A stretch of DNA of 63,193 bases, filler included, from Hausera hauseri (Eukaryota), in the NCBI GenBank assembly GCA_046269625.1. It is 12 parts of 12 records of this genome, joined end to end, with 100 filler letters (N's around TTAATTAATTAA, not from the genome) between each part and the next. Parts side by side here need not be neighbours in the genome. Positions count along the whole stretch, not along the records: positions 32,213 to 40,231 come from JBJURY010818752.1; positions 40,332 to 46,494 come from JBJURY010132206.1; positions 46,595 to 50,723 come from JBJURY010743431.1; 9 more parts are not named here. The stretch is one strand, 5' to 3'. Position numbers and translations under genes: made by a program. A model generated the notes under the pieces. The model did no database searches. It was given only the letters and a program-made list of their open reading frames with translations, and was not told where the DNA came from. Within the stretch, counting starts at the first letter, position 1; every line of letters starts with the position of its first letter. This document shows positions 35,480 through 48,093 of the stretch, one piece after another.

Positions 35480-38400
35480 TACTCCAACCGATACTAACTC
35501 TTCACAAAAATCTTACAACTACACCCCCACATTGCTATGAATACTTTATAGACAATGAAAATTTTAGCAAAACGTGGCTCCACTTCCATCAACTCTGGTT
35601 ACAATCCAACGGTATTACAGACCCGTTATCCAAACCCCGTAATCTACTCTACCTTCTACCAAACTCCATAAAGGCCTCAATCCATAACTTATTACACATC
35701 TTTCAACAGCCTGACCCTTATACGCAATTGTTCAATGCTGTGTTAAAACTGACAGAACCACCAATTGATTTGATAATATAACGCTTCTTTAAAGGAAATA
35801 AAATGGGGACACAAAAACCTGGTGATTTCCTACGTACCTCGTTGGCTCACTTACGTACTTTAGGTGTCACCAAGGAACACAACCCGGAACTACTTCGCCG
35901 ATATTTCCTTAATGCTTTACCCATTCAAATTACGGCTTTACTTACTATTGTTGAAGATTCTATAGCTTTATATAAACTAGCTGAGTTGGCCGATAAAGCA
36001 CACGAAGTCTTACAAATACCATCACAACCCATTATATCGGCTGCAATTACAACAGATGACAATCAACGACATACATCTATCGAGCACCAATTGAACCAAT
36101 TACGCGCCGAATATGCGGCACTACAACATACAATCAACACCATCAATGATAAGCTGAATGACCTTTCCTTATATCGACGGAATGCTTCCTCGCCTCATCG
36201 AACGCGTTCTCTTTCCAGAAATCGAACACCGTCAACAACGCGATCATTTATATGTTATTACTATAACAAATTTAATAACAAAGCAAATAAATGCTGTTTA
36301 GAGTGTAGATATTATTCACCGAATCTACACTCAGATAATATAGTTTGCATCTACCATGCAAAATTTGCATCTAATGCTCGGAATTGTATTTCAGGTTGTA
36401 ACTATAAAACTAACAATAACTACACCACTGCTAGACATTCCAGTTTCTCTAAGAGTAACCGTCCTAACTCACCAATCCAAAAAATTGATTTTTCCGCCAA
36501 TATTCTCGGCAGATTCTGGCAAAGGCAACTTACCTAATTTCTCTTGCCGACACACTTCATTCGCAGTCTTTACACTAAAAGCCGCTATCTCTAATCCTAA
36601 CATTCAATCCATAGACTTTCTCATCGATACTGACACAGCGATCTCACTACTACCCCTTTCTTTTCCGGTCCAGCATTCTTCACCTAAAACAAAACCTCTA
36701 TACACCGCCTCCGGTCAACCTCTCCATATTGCCGGAACCTGCAAATTATTTTTCACTCTGCCAAAATTTTACCCTCCATTTCATTGGACTTTACAGTTGC
36801 TAACGTCCAAACGACAATACTTGGTTTTGATTTCCTTTCGCATTATAACTTCCTAATAGATTGTAACCGACGCTGCATGAAATCGAATACATTTTTAGAC
36901 TGTAGCACAGGAATAGATAGCACCCCAACGACAACACAGTCAACAGTAAGTAGGCAATCTATTTTTAAACAGTCAGTACCTCATTATAATTCCAATAACT
37001 ATCCCGTTTTATATCTTAAGCTTCCAAAGGACAATGTCGACAGTCAATCACAGCTCAATGTCGACACCTACGATCTGGTATTTTCAGTAAAATCATTGAC
37101 CAACAATACCTATTCAAATACGGTTACGGACCCGACCATCCTACTCCAAACTTCATCCGATTCCTCATCAACAACCAACCACCATATACCAAGTACTGCT
37201 AGCAACCTTGGTTCATCGTCACTCACAAAATTCCAGCAACTACCCGTAAGTTTACAACAATTCATCCATACTTCTTGTTCTCGTATACTTCAGAAAGATC
37301 GGAACTTCACCCCTGTAAATGACATTAACCACCATATAATTACAAGACATCAAAGACCAATTCCACATAAAGTCCGTCCATTGTCACTGCGTCGCAGGCA
37401 GGCAGCAGAGGCGGAATTTATGGAACTCAAACAATTAGGTATCTTCCGCGGATCTAAATCCCCATGGTCTTCGCCTCTCCACGTTGTCCAAAAAAGATGG
37501 ATCCTTCCGACCATGCGGCGATTACCGCCAGATTAATACTTTAACCATAATAGATGCATATTCACTTCCATTAATCATAGACATATTACATCGGCTAAAT
37601 ACTACTTCAGTTTATTCAACAATTGATTTAGCAAAAGCTTACCACCAAATTCCTGTCGCACCGGAAGACATCGAGAAAACTGCAGTTACCACACCTTTTG
37701 GTCTTTATGAGTACTTGTATATGCCTTTCGGTCTCCGGAATGCTGCGCAGACCTTTCAGCGACACATCGATTCAATCCTTTCAGACTTTACTTTTGCGCA
37801 TCCATATATTGACGATATCTTGGTTGCCTCTTTTTCTGTTAAACAACACGAGGTACACCTACGATCTATCTTAAAACGAATTAATCAGTTTAATATGTAG
37901 GTCAATTTTGCGAAATGTAACTTCTTTCAGAAACTTGTTAATTTCCTCGGACATATTGTCTCTTCAAACGACCATTCACCTCAGCCTGATTGAGTTGAGA
38001 CTCTTAAAAGTGTCCAACTACCTAAGACAACAACAGAAATGCGCAGTTTTCTTGGTACCCTGCATTTCGTCCACAAATATATTCCATATTGTTCGAAACT
38101 CACTGCACTTTTTGCACATTTAAGAGCAGAAAAAAAACACCATAAGGACTAAAGACTGTTGAAATACTAGCATTTCCTATGCCTGACACCGAGTTAATTT
38201 TGACCACAGATGCATCAAACATCGCAGTAGGTGCTGTACTACGCCAATTGTATAAAGGCGAAAATCAGCCTTTAGAATTCTTTTCCCAAAAACTAACGTT
38301 ATCAGAAACTAGATATTCAACTTTCGATCGGGAACTGCTAGAAATAGTTCTTGCTCTAAGACACTTTTCTCACTTACTTACAGCTCATAATTTTGTTATA

Positions 38401-40231
38401 CAGACTGACCACAAACCGTTGATTGATATAATGGCAATGAAGCATCCTTCAACTCGACAATTGTAGCAAATTTCATATTTGTCCACATTTAACTTTGACA
38501 TTAAACACATCGACGGCGTTGACAATCTAGTTGCCGATTTCCTATCTAGATCAGTCGGTTCAATCAATTTTTCGCCAATCTTTACTCAGACAAAACTCCA
38601 AGAAAATCAATGATGTCAAGGTATTCTCAAACCATTCAAGTCGCGCCGCATCGTCGACGGCGTGGCTTTAGACACGTCCAAACCAGGACATTCTAAAATA
38701 TTTCTTGCCCCATCTGTACACAAACAAGCATTTTATAGTATACATTCATTACATCATTTTGGTGCCAAGGCAACTTTTCGCTTGCTTTAACGCCAAGTAG
38801 TGTGGCCGTCGATGCGCTTCAATGTACAAGCATGGGTTAAAGAGTACATGGCTTGTCAGAAGTATAAAACCATAAAACATTTAAAACCGCCATTATACCA
38901 TTTCACTTGTACTTCACGTTTTGAAACAGTACATAATGATATCGTTGGTCCTCTTCCAATAGACAACGGCCACCAATTTATTCTGACCATGATGGACCGT
39001 TCCTCACGATGGCCAGAAGCCATTCCACTGCGTAGTACAAACACTGATACAATAGCCGATACTTTCATCCGTACGTGGATTAGTAGGTTCGGATCCCCTC
39101 GATATATCATCTCGGATCAAAGTTCTCAATTTGAATCAAATCTGTTCAAATCCTTAGTCGGCCGATTGAGAATAAGTCACATTCATACAACACCTTATCA
39201 TCCCCAATCAAATTGTCTTCTCGAACGTTTCCACCGAACCTTGAAAACCATTTAGAATCCTTGCACAGTCCAACACCAATTGGACTACACTTCTACCGTT
39301 CGTCCTGCTTGGCTGGCGGAACACTGCGTCCACTTCCACAGGATGTCCACCAACGGAAGCTTTACTCGGAACATCTGTACGGCCACTGTTTGAACTAACC
39401 GCTCTAGAGGCGACTCCTACAGACGAGAGGATACGAGCAGCACAGGATCATTTCGTTACAATCAGCAAAGATTCGTTTTTCAAGCACTTAAACAATGAAA
39501 AATCTTACATACCCAAAGACTTATACTCGGCAAAGTTTGTATGGCTAAAAAACCAGACACCGTGCGGTTTACAGACACAGTACATAGGACCATATAAATT
39601 GGTGCAGCTGCATTCGCACAACACTGTTATCCTCAAAGACGGAAAGGAAGTTGCAGTGAATATTACTAATTTAAAACCCGCCTTTTACGTCGACGATACA
39701 TCAACAACCGAAACATCAACCTCATTCCTCACCCCTGTAAGCATCTCTACCCCGACTTCGATTCCGCAATCTACCACACATCATTCCGCTACTCCCGTGT
39801 CTGTGCCTACATTGTCACCTACCAATTCCATTCCTGCCCCCCCCCCTCGGCATTTCCATCTACTCCTACTTTTATCATTATTTCTGCTCCACACCCTATT
39901 TCTATTCATTCGCCTATCTCTGCTTCATCGCTGAACTTATCACCTTCCAAAACCATCGCAAAAAATTGGAATACCTTACCTGCAACCACTTCTCCACCTT
40001 TTGTATTGCCTTCCCCAGACGCAACACCAAATCATACTAAAGCTAATGTCTCTTGCCAAAGACTACCAGCGGTCAGGCACCACGGCGAAGGTACGTCACA
40101 AATCCGTTACTTTCAGTACCTATAGCAGACAACTAAACATTGAAGGAGTACAATGTCTTGTACGCACAAAAACTTATTAGACAAATTATCTGTTTGTTCT
40201 CGGGATTTTCTTTCAATCTTTTCTTTACAGT
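35480..40231 (+). mobile_element. Near full-length degenerate Ty3/Gypsy, CsRn1-like clade (gag, PR, RT, RH, IN)
   Basis: Gag GTQKPGDFL...FLNALP...LAELADK with CHCC-type motifs. PR FLIDTDTAISLLP. RT SPWSSPLHVV, IDLAKAYHQIP, MPFGLRNAAQTFQR, YIDDILV. RH LTTDASNIAVGAVL, TDHKPL. IN VHNDIVGPLP, IISDQSSQF, ERFHRTLK, GPY. Confidence 0.95.
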
Positions 40232-40331
40232 NNNNNNNNNNNNNNNNNNNNNNNNNNNNNNNNNNNNNNNNNNNNTTAATTAATTAANNNNNNNNNNNNN
40301 NNNNNNNNNNNNNNNNNNNNNNNNNNNNNNN

Positions 40332-40924
40332 CTTTAGACCTCAATATCTTGGCCCGTACAAACTGCTGAATCTTTCATCTCACACAGCCACCGTTTTACG
40401 CCAAAATAAACCTTACAACGTCCACATTTCGAATCTAAGGCCTGATTTCTTTATTGATGACAATCTGAATGCCAATGCTACCACAAATTCAAACTCAACT
40501 CTTTCTCCTACCGATTTTCTAAACGACTTTGCGCCGTTTCAGCGATCACTCTTCGACCACACTCCATCATCATTTCCTCCATCCTTCTCGTCTCTCTCTC
40601 TCCATCATCATGCTCACTACTTTTTTTGCATTCTTTGCTTATCCCCCTGTTTCATTGCCTTCAATTGTATCGCTTCATTTGCTTCACATATTCTCCTCGT
40701 CACCTCCATCACATAATATCGAACTACAACCAAGCAAAAACCAATCATGTAAGATGCGTAGAGTGACCATTAGCACTTACAGCAAATAAAAATTCTGTGA
40801 TGGCGCACAACGCCTAACTCATACCAAAACCGAATAGACGACAAACATCGTTCCTTTCATCCTTATTATCGTTATCATTCCTTTTCACCTTAGCACAGTT
40901 TCTCTTCTGCCAGGAGGGGGGGGG
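40332..40924 (+). mobile_element. 3' end of a related Gypsy (integrase GPY tail, 3' UTR, polypurine tract)
   Basis: QYLGPYKLLNLSSHTATVLRQNKPYNVHISNLRPDF parallels 39580-39690. PPT AGGAGGGGGGGGG at 40912-40924 is followed by TG. Confidence 0.8.
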
Positions 40925-41201
40925 TGACGCATTGCTTAGAGTGTTGTAGCATTGGAGGGGTCAGCGTGTCGATGGGAGGATTTTCTCCACCATGTGACTA
41001 CTCGACACAAAACGTTTCTTTTATTTGGTATGAAATGATAATGACAATATACGTGCTGTAAATATATACTGAACAGAAATTGATTACGTTTTTTGAATTT
41101 TAAATAAAACGTTAGTTCAGCAGCCTTTTTTGGATTATACTTCATTCTGGATTTATTTCTTGCAAACCGGATTTATTTACTATACAAAATTGGTGTCAGA
41201 A
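40925..41201 (+). repeat. LTR (possibly nested, TGTA..TACA 40945-41186) followed by a tRNA-Leu-type PBS TGGTGTCAGAA (41191-41201)
   Basis: Follows the PPT, contains AATAAA (~41103) and ends CTATACA, then AAAT-TGGTGTCAGAA. Confidence 0.65.
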
Positions 41202-41274
41202 AATTGGAAATCAAATTAAAACGAATGAGGCACTTGAAACACTTCGTACGAATGATCAACAGACTAGTGATAAT

Positions 41275-44097
41275 ATGACAGATTCAGAAGTGGAAGAACA
41301 ATTCGAAAAACGAATTCCATTGATCAGTCGAAGCATTGATGAAAAACGAAAATTTTTATCTACAAAGGTGAACAATAACAGTCCATCCGCGTGTATTGAG
41401 GATTTAAAACACATTATATTTCGTAATGTTCAACCGGAGAAATTCTTGATGAAATTGGAATTTCTACGAATTTGTCTGTCGAGTTCACCGATTTCTTGGC
41501 TGAAAGAATTTAATAATGAGAAAAACAAAGGTTTAGAATCGTTGATATCTGTCTTGGGACTCTATATCGATTGTCCGGAAAATTCCCTTTTGTGTTTGAA
41601 GTGTTTGCGTGCATTCGGTAATGTCGGTTACGGTCTGTTGACTCTGATTAAAAGTAAAGAAACATTACTTCATGTCGCACATTGTTTAGCGTCGAAAAAT
41701 CAAAATCTTATGCTTTTAGCATTGGAATTATTGACTTTGTTCAGTTTTTACAGTTATGAAAGCCATTTTAACGTTCTCGAAGCGTTGTACATGAGTTCTC
41801 GACTGCGTAATTACAGTGAACGTTTCGGTCCTATTCTCGAGGGTTTAGCATTTGGAATTACGGATAATCACATGAATTTGGTGACGTCCTGCTTGCAATT
41901 TATTAACGTTATTGTCAATCCGAATTTTCGTGACAATGCAACGTGCTCCAGTCTCGATCCGAGTTACCGATTGCATTTGCGACTGGAATTCGTTCGGTGT
42001 GGAATTAATGATTTCCTTTGCCAATTGGTGAAATCCGATGATCCAGTTATTTGCGAACATGTCAGAATTTTCCAGTCGGACAGTGAACTCGAAGACGAAT
42101 ACATTCAAAAGTACGAAGTGATCAAAGCGTCGTTTCTGGAGCGTAACTGTGTTTATCAATTGTTGAATCGCACCATATTGCACACGAATTGCGATTCGTA
42201 CTTGACATCGATGTTACAACATCTTATGATTATAAACGACAGTCCGATTCGTTATCATCTCTATCAGCTGATCGACAGTGTCGTTGCTGAATTGATTATT
42301 CGCAGTGAAAGTCTCTGTACGGACCCATCGTTGAACCAATTGGATTCATTCAATTTGGGTGAACTATTTGAAAAGTTTCACGATCCGTCGTTTCAGCGCA
42401 ACGCTCAAGAGTTACAGAACAAGTTGGATAAAGTATTGGAAGAAAAATACCAAGCCGAAAGCAAATTGACGTCTCTCACAAACCGTATCGATCAGAAACC
42501 AGGTGAAATACCGGCCCCACCACCGGTGCCACAGCCGCCACCCGGTTTAGTTCCGCCTCCACCACCACCAGCACCGACTGGGAATGGGCTGATGCCACCT
42601 CCACCACCACCACCGCCTGGCGGTGCTCCGGTTTTGAGCGAACAGTTGCCGTTTGGTATAACAATAAAGAACGTGATAAAGCCAAAAAATCCACTAAAGA
42701 AAGCCAATTGGACGAAAATCGATACTCATTTATTGGATCAGAATTGCGTGTGGAAGAAAATCAGCGACAGCAACATGAAAGTTAACGAATTGCTGCACGA
42801 TCTTGATGAGAAATTCAGTACTCGCCCAGTCCGACCCAAGGAGTCAAACGAAGATTCCATATCGATGAATTCATATTCGAGTTTGCAAAGAAAGACAAAA
42901 GACTTCAAAGTTCTCGATCCGAAATCTGGTCAGAATTTGGGAATTTTATTTTGTTCGCTCAAGGCGCCGCCCAATGAAATTAAACGGCGAATACTGGAGC
43001 TCGATGAAGGTCTACTGACACAGACAAATGTCGAGAGTATTTTAAAAAACCTCCCAACTGCCGATGATCTGTCTCGTCTTGTTCAGATGACCGATGACTA
43101 CGAGAATCTCAACGAAGCCGAACAATTCGGCTGCACGTTGGGTTCAATCAAACGACTCCATTCCCGTCTCACGTGTCTGCTATTCAAAATGAAATTCGAC
43201 GAACGAATTTCCGAAATAAAACCGACAATATTGAGTGCGACCGAATCGCTCTGTGAAATTCGTAAAAGTGCAACGTTTCCCAAAATTCTCGAACTCATTC
43301 TGTATTTGGGCAATTTTATGAACAGCAGTTCGAAGTCATCTCAAACCGCCGGATTTAGCCTAACATTTCTGACAAAATTGGCCGAATTGAAGGATGCCGA
43401 CAACGAAATGACGCTGATGGATTTCCTTGTCCGACAAATACGTACTCGCTATCCACAGTTGATTAACGTTGTCAATGAATTCACGTTTCTCGACAAAGCG
43501 TCACGTGTCAGCACCGATAGCATAAACAACGTCATTCGGGAGTTAAAGAACACCAAAGACACGTTAGATCGCGAATTGACATCGTATCGGAAACAATCGG
43601 AAAATGACTGTTTCGTCGAAGTTATGAAGGAATTTATCGGACGGGTAACGGAACAATTGACAATTCTGACAGACATGAACAACAAATTGCAGGTGATGTA
43701 CGTCGATATGGCCAGGTATCTGACGTTTGATTTGAAAAAATACCCGTTGGAGTCGTTCTTTGACGATGTCAAGAAGTTTAAAGACGATTTCCTTAAATCG
43801 TTGAAAGCTATCGAATTGGAAAGTTATATGGAATCAAAACGACAGAAAGCAAAGGAGGATCAAGTTCGACGAGAGAAAGAAAAATCAGAGCGAACGCTGG
43901 GACAGAACAAACGGGCTAACGATGACGATAAGTTGGTGTTAGATCAGTTAATGGAAACGCTGAAGAGCGGTGAAGCATTCGGTAATTCCGATTTGCGGAA
44001 AAAGCGACTGAAGAAAGTCGATAAGTCTCATTTTGTTAACAGATCTCGTTCTCGCAATAATTTTGACTGCAATCTTATGGAATTTGCTCCAGTATGA
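41275..44097 (+). CDS. dia: Diaphanous-family formin (GBD/FH3, FH1, FH2, DAD), uninterrupted 940-aa ORF
   Basis: FH3 LEFLRICLSSSPISWLKEF, CLQFINVIV, RLHLRLEF. FH1 polyproline. FH2 LKKANWTKI, VLDPKSGQNLGI, LELILYLGNFMN, GFSLTFLTKL. DAD VLDQLMETLKSGEAF..RKKR. Confidence 0.96.
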   Translation: MTDSEVEEQFEKRIPLISRSIDEKRKFLSTKVNNNSPSACIEDLKHIIFRNVQPEKFLMKLEFLRICLSSSPISWLKEFNNEKNKGLESLISVLGLYIDCPENSLLCLKCLRAFGNVGYGLLTLIKSKETLLHVAHCLASKNQNLMLLALELLTLFSFYSYESHFNVLEALYMSSRLRNYSERFGPILEGLAFGITDNHMNLVTSCLQFINVIVNPNFRDNATCSSLDPSYRLHLRLEFVRCGINDFLCQLVKSDDPVICEHVRIFQSDSELEDEYIQKYEVIKASFLERNCVYQLLNRTILHTNCDSYLTSMLQHLMIINDSPIRYHLYQLIDSVVAELIIRSESLCTDPSLNQLDSFNLGELFEKFHDPSFQRNAQELQNKLDKVLEEKYQAESKLTSLTNRIDQKPGEIPAPPPVPQPPPGLVPPPPPPAPTGNGLMPPPPPPPPGGAPVLSEQLPFGITIKNVIKPKNPLKKANWTKIDTHLLDQNCVWKKISDSNMKVNELLHDLDEKFSTRPVRPKESNEDSISMNSYSSLQRKTKDFKVLDPKSGQNLGILFCSLKAPPNEIKRRILELDEGLLTQTNVESILKNLPTADDLSRLVQMTDDYENLNEAEQFGCTLGSIKRLHSRLTCLLFKMKFDERISEIKPTILSATESLCEIRKSATFPKILELILYLGNFMNSSSKSSQTAGFSLTFLTKLAELKDADNEMTLMDFLVRQIRTRYPQLINVVNEFTFLDKASRVSTDSINNVIRELKNTKDTLDRELTSYRKQSENDCFVEVMKEFIGRVTEQLTILTDMNNKLQVMYVDMARYLTFDLKKYPLESFFDDVKKFKDDFLKSLKAIELESYMESKRQKAKEDQVRREKEKSERTLGQNKRANDDDKLVLDQLMETLKSGEAFGNSDLRKKRLKKVDKSHFVNRSRSRNNFDCNLMEFAPV

Positions 44098-44799
44098 AAA
44101 TGTTATTTTTGCCTTCCAAGAGTTTTAATGTATATTTGACGATATATTTTTATATTACCAATGAGATGTATATACAAGACTTCATTTTATGATTAATTTA
44201 TTTTGTTCAATTTAATGAGATTTATTTGGCTATTTTCTTGTATGTTACACACACACACACATAACGATTACTGGTGCCTATTGATTTGTAACAAAGACTT
44301 CATTATCTAACTGACACCGTACGACACATTGAATTTGAATACAATTGTACATTATCGTACTGATTGGTTTGTTGCCGGCCATTCATGCAATGTGTACTAA
44401 TTACATGGCAAGAATTGAGAAATCCGCGAAATACAGACTTGCAAATTTCTGTCTTTTAACGAGTGTGATTGCGATTTAATGTGTAAATTTTGTAATGGAC
44501 ATTTCACTTAACATCATTGATAAAGTCACTTGATAATTTTATTTTAGCAATGGTTAATTAAAGTCTTATTGTTTCCGTAATCGTTTTATAATTATTCATT
44601 TTAACAGGAATTTGGATTATGTACATAGTGTACTGTGCACTGGAATTATCGCTTTTTTAAGTGAGGAGAGGGGGCATAAACAATTTTTGAAACTTCTATT
44701 CCATAATCGTACATATTTCTTGTCTGATGAACTGGTTGCTTACCATTACANNNNNNNNNNTAATAAATTGTACTTTGACTTTAAATTCAACTTCTGACA

Positions 44800-46494
44800 A
44801 AATGTGCGATAAGATGTCAAGTGATTACCCGGATTTTGATCCGCCGAGCAAACCGATCGTAACCGGCAATCAAGCCAGGACCATAGGAACGGATAATTCC
44901 AATACTTCGGACTATAACGAACATTTCCGGGAATACTATGATGACTCATTCCGGCTATTTGATCGTTCATTTACGGATGAAGCAAAACGATGGCTGGAAG
45001 ATATGATACGCGCTAACAAATTTTTTCGACGGCCATTTGGGAAGCTATGTGAATTATTGTTAATGGAACAAGACAGAATTCTGTGGACGGATTTTGAACA
45101 AAAGTGGGGAACCAACCGTCTGACGAAGAGGCCATAATATGGTTTAAAACTACGTTTGTGTGGAATGTGAACCCTCTCGATGAGGTGGTCGAATTGATCA
45201 ACATGTATCAAAAATAAGGAGAGAAAATTTTGACCTTCGAGATCAGGGTACGTCAAGCAACCGATAAAATTTTCGACTTGAACAAAGAAGAATTCGTTCA
45301 AGAAGTTCTTAGAAAACGAATTAGCTCAAAAGTGTTAAGACAGCGGTTTGTTTTCAAACCAAAAATGATGGTAGAAGAGATGAGAGAGGAGGCTAAAATT
45401 TTGGAGGGTAGCCAAACCTTAGAGGACTACATAGAAGTAGCTTCAGTAAAGAAATCTTTCCGGGATGCGGTACGGACTCCAAACAGAAATTTTGGAAAGA
45501 CACCGTACGTGAAACTCATGGAATATGACAGAAGATCGGTCATACACAACAGTGGGACAGAATATCCGAGAAAAGAAAAGTTTGAAAATAGGCCGATGAA
45601 CAGTAATATTGTTCAGGTCAAGAAATCACCTTTCAGTTTGATCAAAGATGGGAGAAGACAGGCTCCAACGCACTCTGCGTATCATGAAACCAGTATCAAA
45701 GCTACGTATTGTCATGTGAAACAGTTACCAGCGCAGAAAGAGGAAGTGCTATCCAAGGGTGATTCTTTTTGCTGTGGAAAATATTGGCACATTAGAAGAA
45801 ACTGCCCTTTAAACAAGTTATATTTGATATGTGGAAAAAGTGGACACGGGCTTAGAAACTGTTTCAAATTACGACAGGTAAATATGATGTGTGTGGAAGA
45901 GATGTGTGACAACCATAGGGATGAAACAGTGCCATATGAGGACGACGTGCAGGAAACTTTAAACACCAGAAGCTCTGATGTGAATATTTCGTCAGTGGAG
46001 TTGGCGTAGAAAGTTTACAAAATCGAGATGCAGCAATGGCAGTGAGGAAAGACGGACGGTGGTGGAGTAAAGTGAAGTCGAACAAGTGTGGAATAGAAAT
46101 GTTGTTGGATAGTTGAGCCACGGTGTCAGTAATCAGAGAAAAGATTTGGAAAGCGATAGGACAACCTAGGCTAACTAAGTGCGCTTTAATATTAAATGAA
46201 GCCTTTTCGAAAAGTGATGGTTGCTTGGAGAAGGTAAAAGTCAACGTGGAGTTGGATAAGGAAGTACATGAGATTGAATTGATAGTGGTAAAAACAATTA
46301 GGCCCGAAGTTATTGGGGGAATGGATATTTTAAAGGCATTTGGTATGAAATTAATGAAAATTGGCGTTAGTGAATCTCGAACGAGAGAGATGGCAACAGT
46401 GGCAGCAGTGGGAAAACCAGAGATCACAGACGGTCAATTAGTTGACGTTGTAAAACTCTATGATTATGTGTTTATAAAACAAGGTTACGATTTA
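44800..46494 (+). mobile_element. Degenerate Gypsy gag-protease fragment
   Basis: Two knuckles, FCCGKYWHIRRNC and LICGKSGHGLRNC. Protease MLLDS*ATVSVI...VIGGMDILKAFG. Confidence 0.85.
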
Positions 46495-47689
46495 NNNNNN
46501 NNNNNNNNNNNNNNNNNNNNNNNNNNNNNNNNNNNNNNTTAATTAATTAANNNNNNNNNNNNNNNNNNNNNNNNNNNNNNNNNNNNNNNNNNNNCGATCT
46601 AATTTGCGGAGAATATTTCAAAAAATTTTTTATAAATATCCGAACATATTTTAACGAATTTTGTTTGTCTTTTGCACAAGTATATTTGAAGAAACCTTTA
46701 ATTAAGGTCTCTTAGTCTGTGTATCTTCACTTATGTGCAGAATGAGTCATTAAATTTATTTCCGACAATAAAAATCATCCATTCCAGACTTCATAATTCC
46801 ACAAAATCTTCCTTTAAAAAGAAACTACATTATTTACCCTAAGTGTATTAATTTTTAATTAATTAAGAAATAGTTTATAAGTTCCACATGCACATATAGT
46901 TATTTGTTTAACACTGTACGTCACATTAAAATACTCGAAACACTGTGGCTTAAATTATTCGAATGTATTTTAAAATTACCTGAAGTTCCATCCTTTGGAT
47001 ATATTAGCATTTTCTTTATCCAAACGTGAAAATGAGTATGTAGGAAAACAGTTAGCTGGATTATAATCAAAATTACAATCCCATTCGATGGAGAATGAAA
47101 TGATTCCACCCTGAACAAAACATAACATAACTTAAAAATTATTTACAATTCCTAAACGTTGCGGGGAAGATATGAACAAATGTGAAATTTTGTTACATTT
47201 AAAAGCTCCAATTGCATCATTTTTACTTTTTTGGCAAAAAGATTTTTTAGTATAAATCATCATTACATTTCGCCCGTCTTTCTGACTATTTGTTATAAAA
47301 ATGACCCATATTTACAGTAAATTCGTTTTCTTGTAAGAATTTTCATGGAAATAAAAATTTATTAAATCGCATTTTGTGAAGATAATGGGAACAAGAATAA
47401 TCGCAGTATGTAAAACAAGATTTTAAAAATAAAAAGGTCGAAGTTGTGCATGTTGTAGAATTTTCGAAATTCTTCAAGTCAGATTTTCAGGATTTAGGAG
47501 CAAGCTCCTGGACACTTAGTGGTGACTGCATAGGGCACAAATTAGTATCATTAAACTTAACAAAGTGGTTCTGGGGAACACAATATCAAGTAGAAACTTT
47601 TTTGAAATGTCCATGGGGTTCTCTGATCGAATGCACCTGATCCAGGTTATACTGTTACAAGATAAACGTGCAAAACGTCATTTATTATA

Positions 47690-47945
47690 ACTTGACTAAC
47701 AGCCACAATAGAACATTTAAATAGACCATAGGTCACAGTTACAAACATCAGTATTCTCTCTGCCACAACCGAAAATAGGCAATAGGCGGGAACAAAAACA
47801 ATAATCCGGTGGCGTAAAGAAAGAACTCTGTAACCCTCAGAACTGACTCAAGAGTAAGAGCAGTATTTAGAAAAATCTCATCAAATTTTCAGGAAAACTA
47901 CACACTGTCTAATTCTGACAATGGACACTAGTTTACTTCTAATAA
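47690..47945 (+). mobile_element. LTR-retrotransposon integrase relic
   Basis: NSDNGH*FTS at ~47911-47940 resembles SDNGxQFTS. Upstream RP*VTV resembles PWxxV. Confidence 0.45.
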
Positions 47946-48093
47946 CCGATTTGATTGAAAATTTGCATGATGATGTTATTTGTTATGCTAATTTCAAATG
48001 TTAATTATTTTTGTTCCTATCCAGCATTTATTAGCAATTTACAATAAACTTGTATTACTAATACAATGTGTCCATAAACTATTGTTACTTTAA

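Noticed and set aside
42476-42707. Gly-rich and Val-rich minus-strand ORFs
   Set aside because: Antisense of the formin FH1 polyproline tract.
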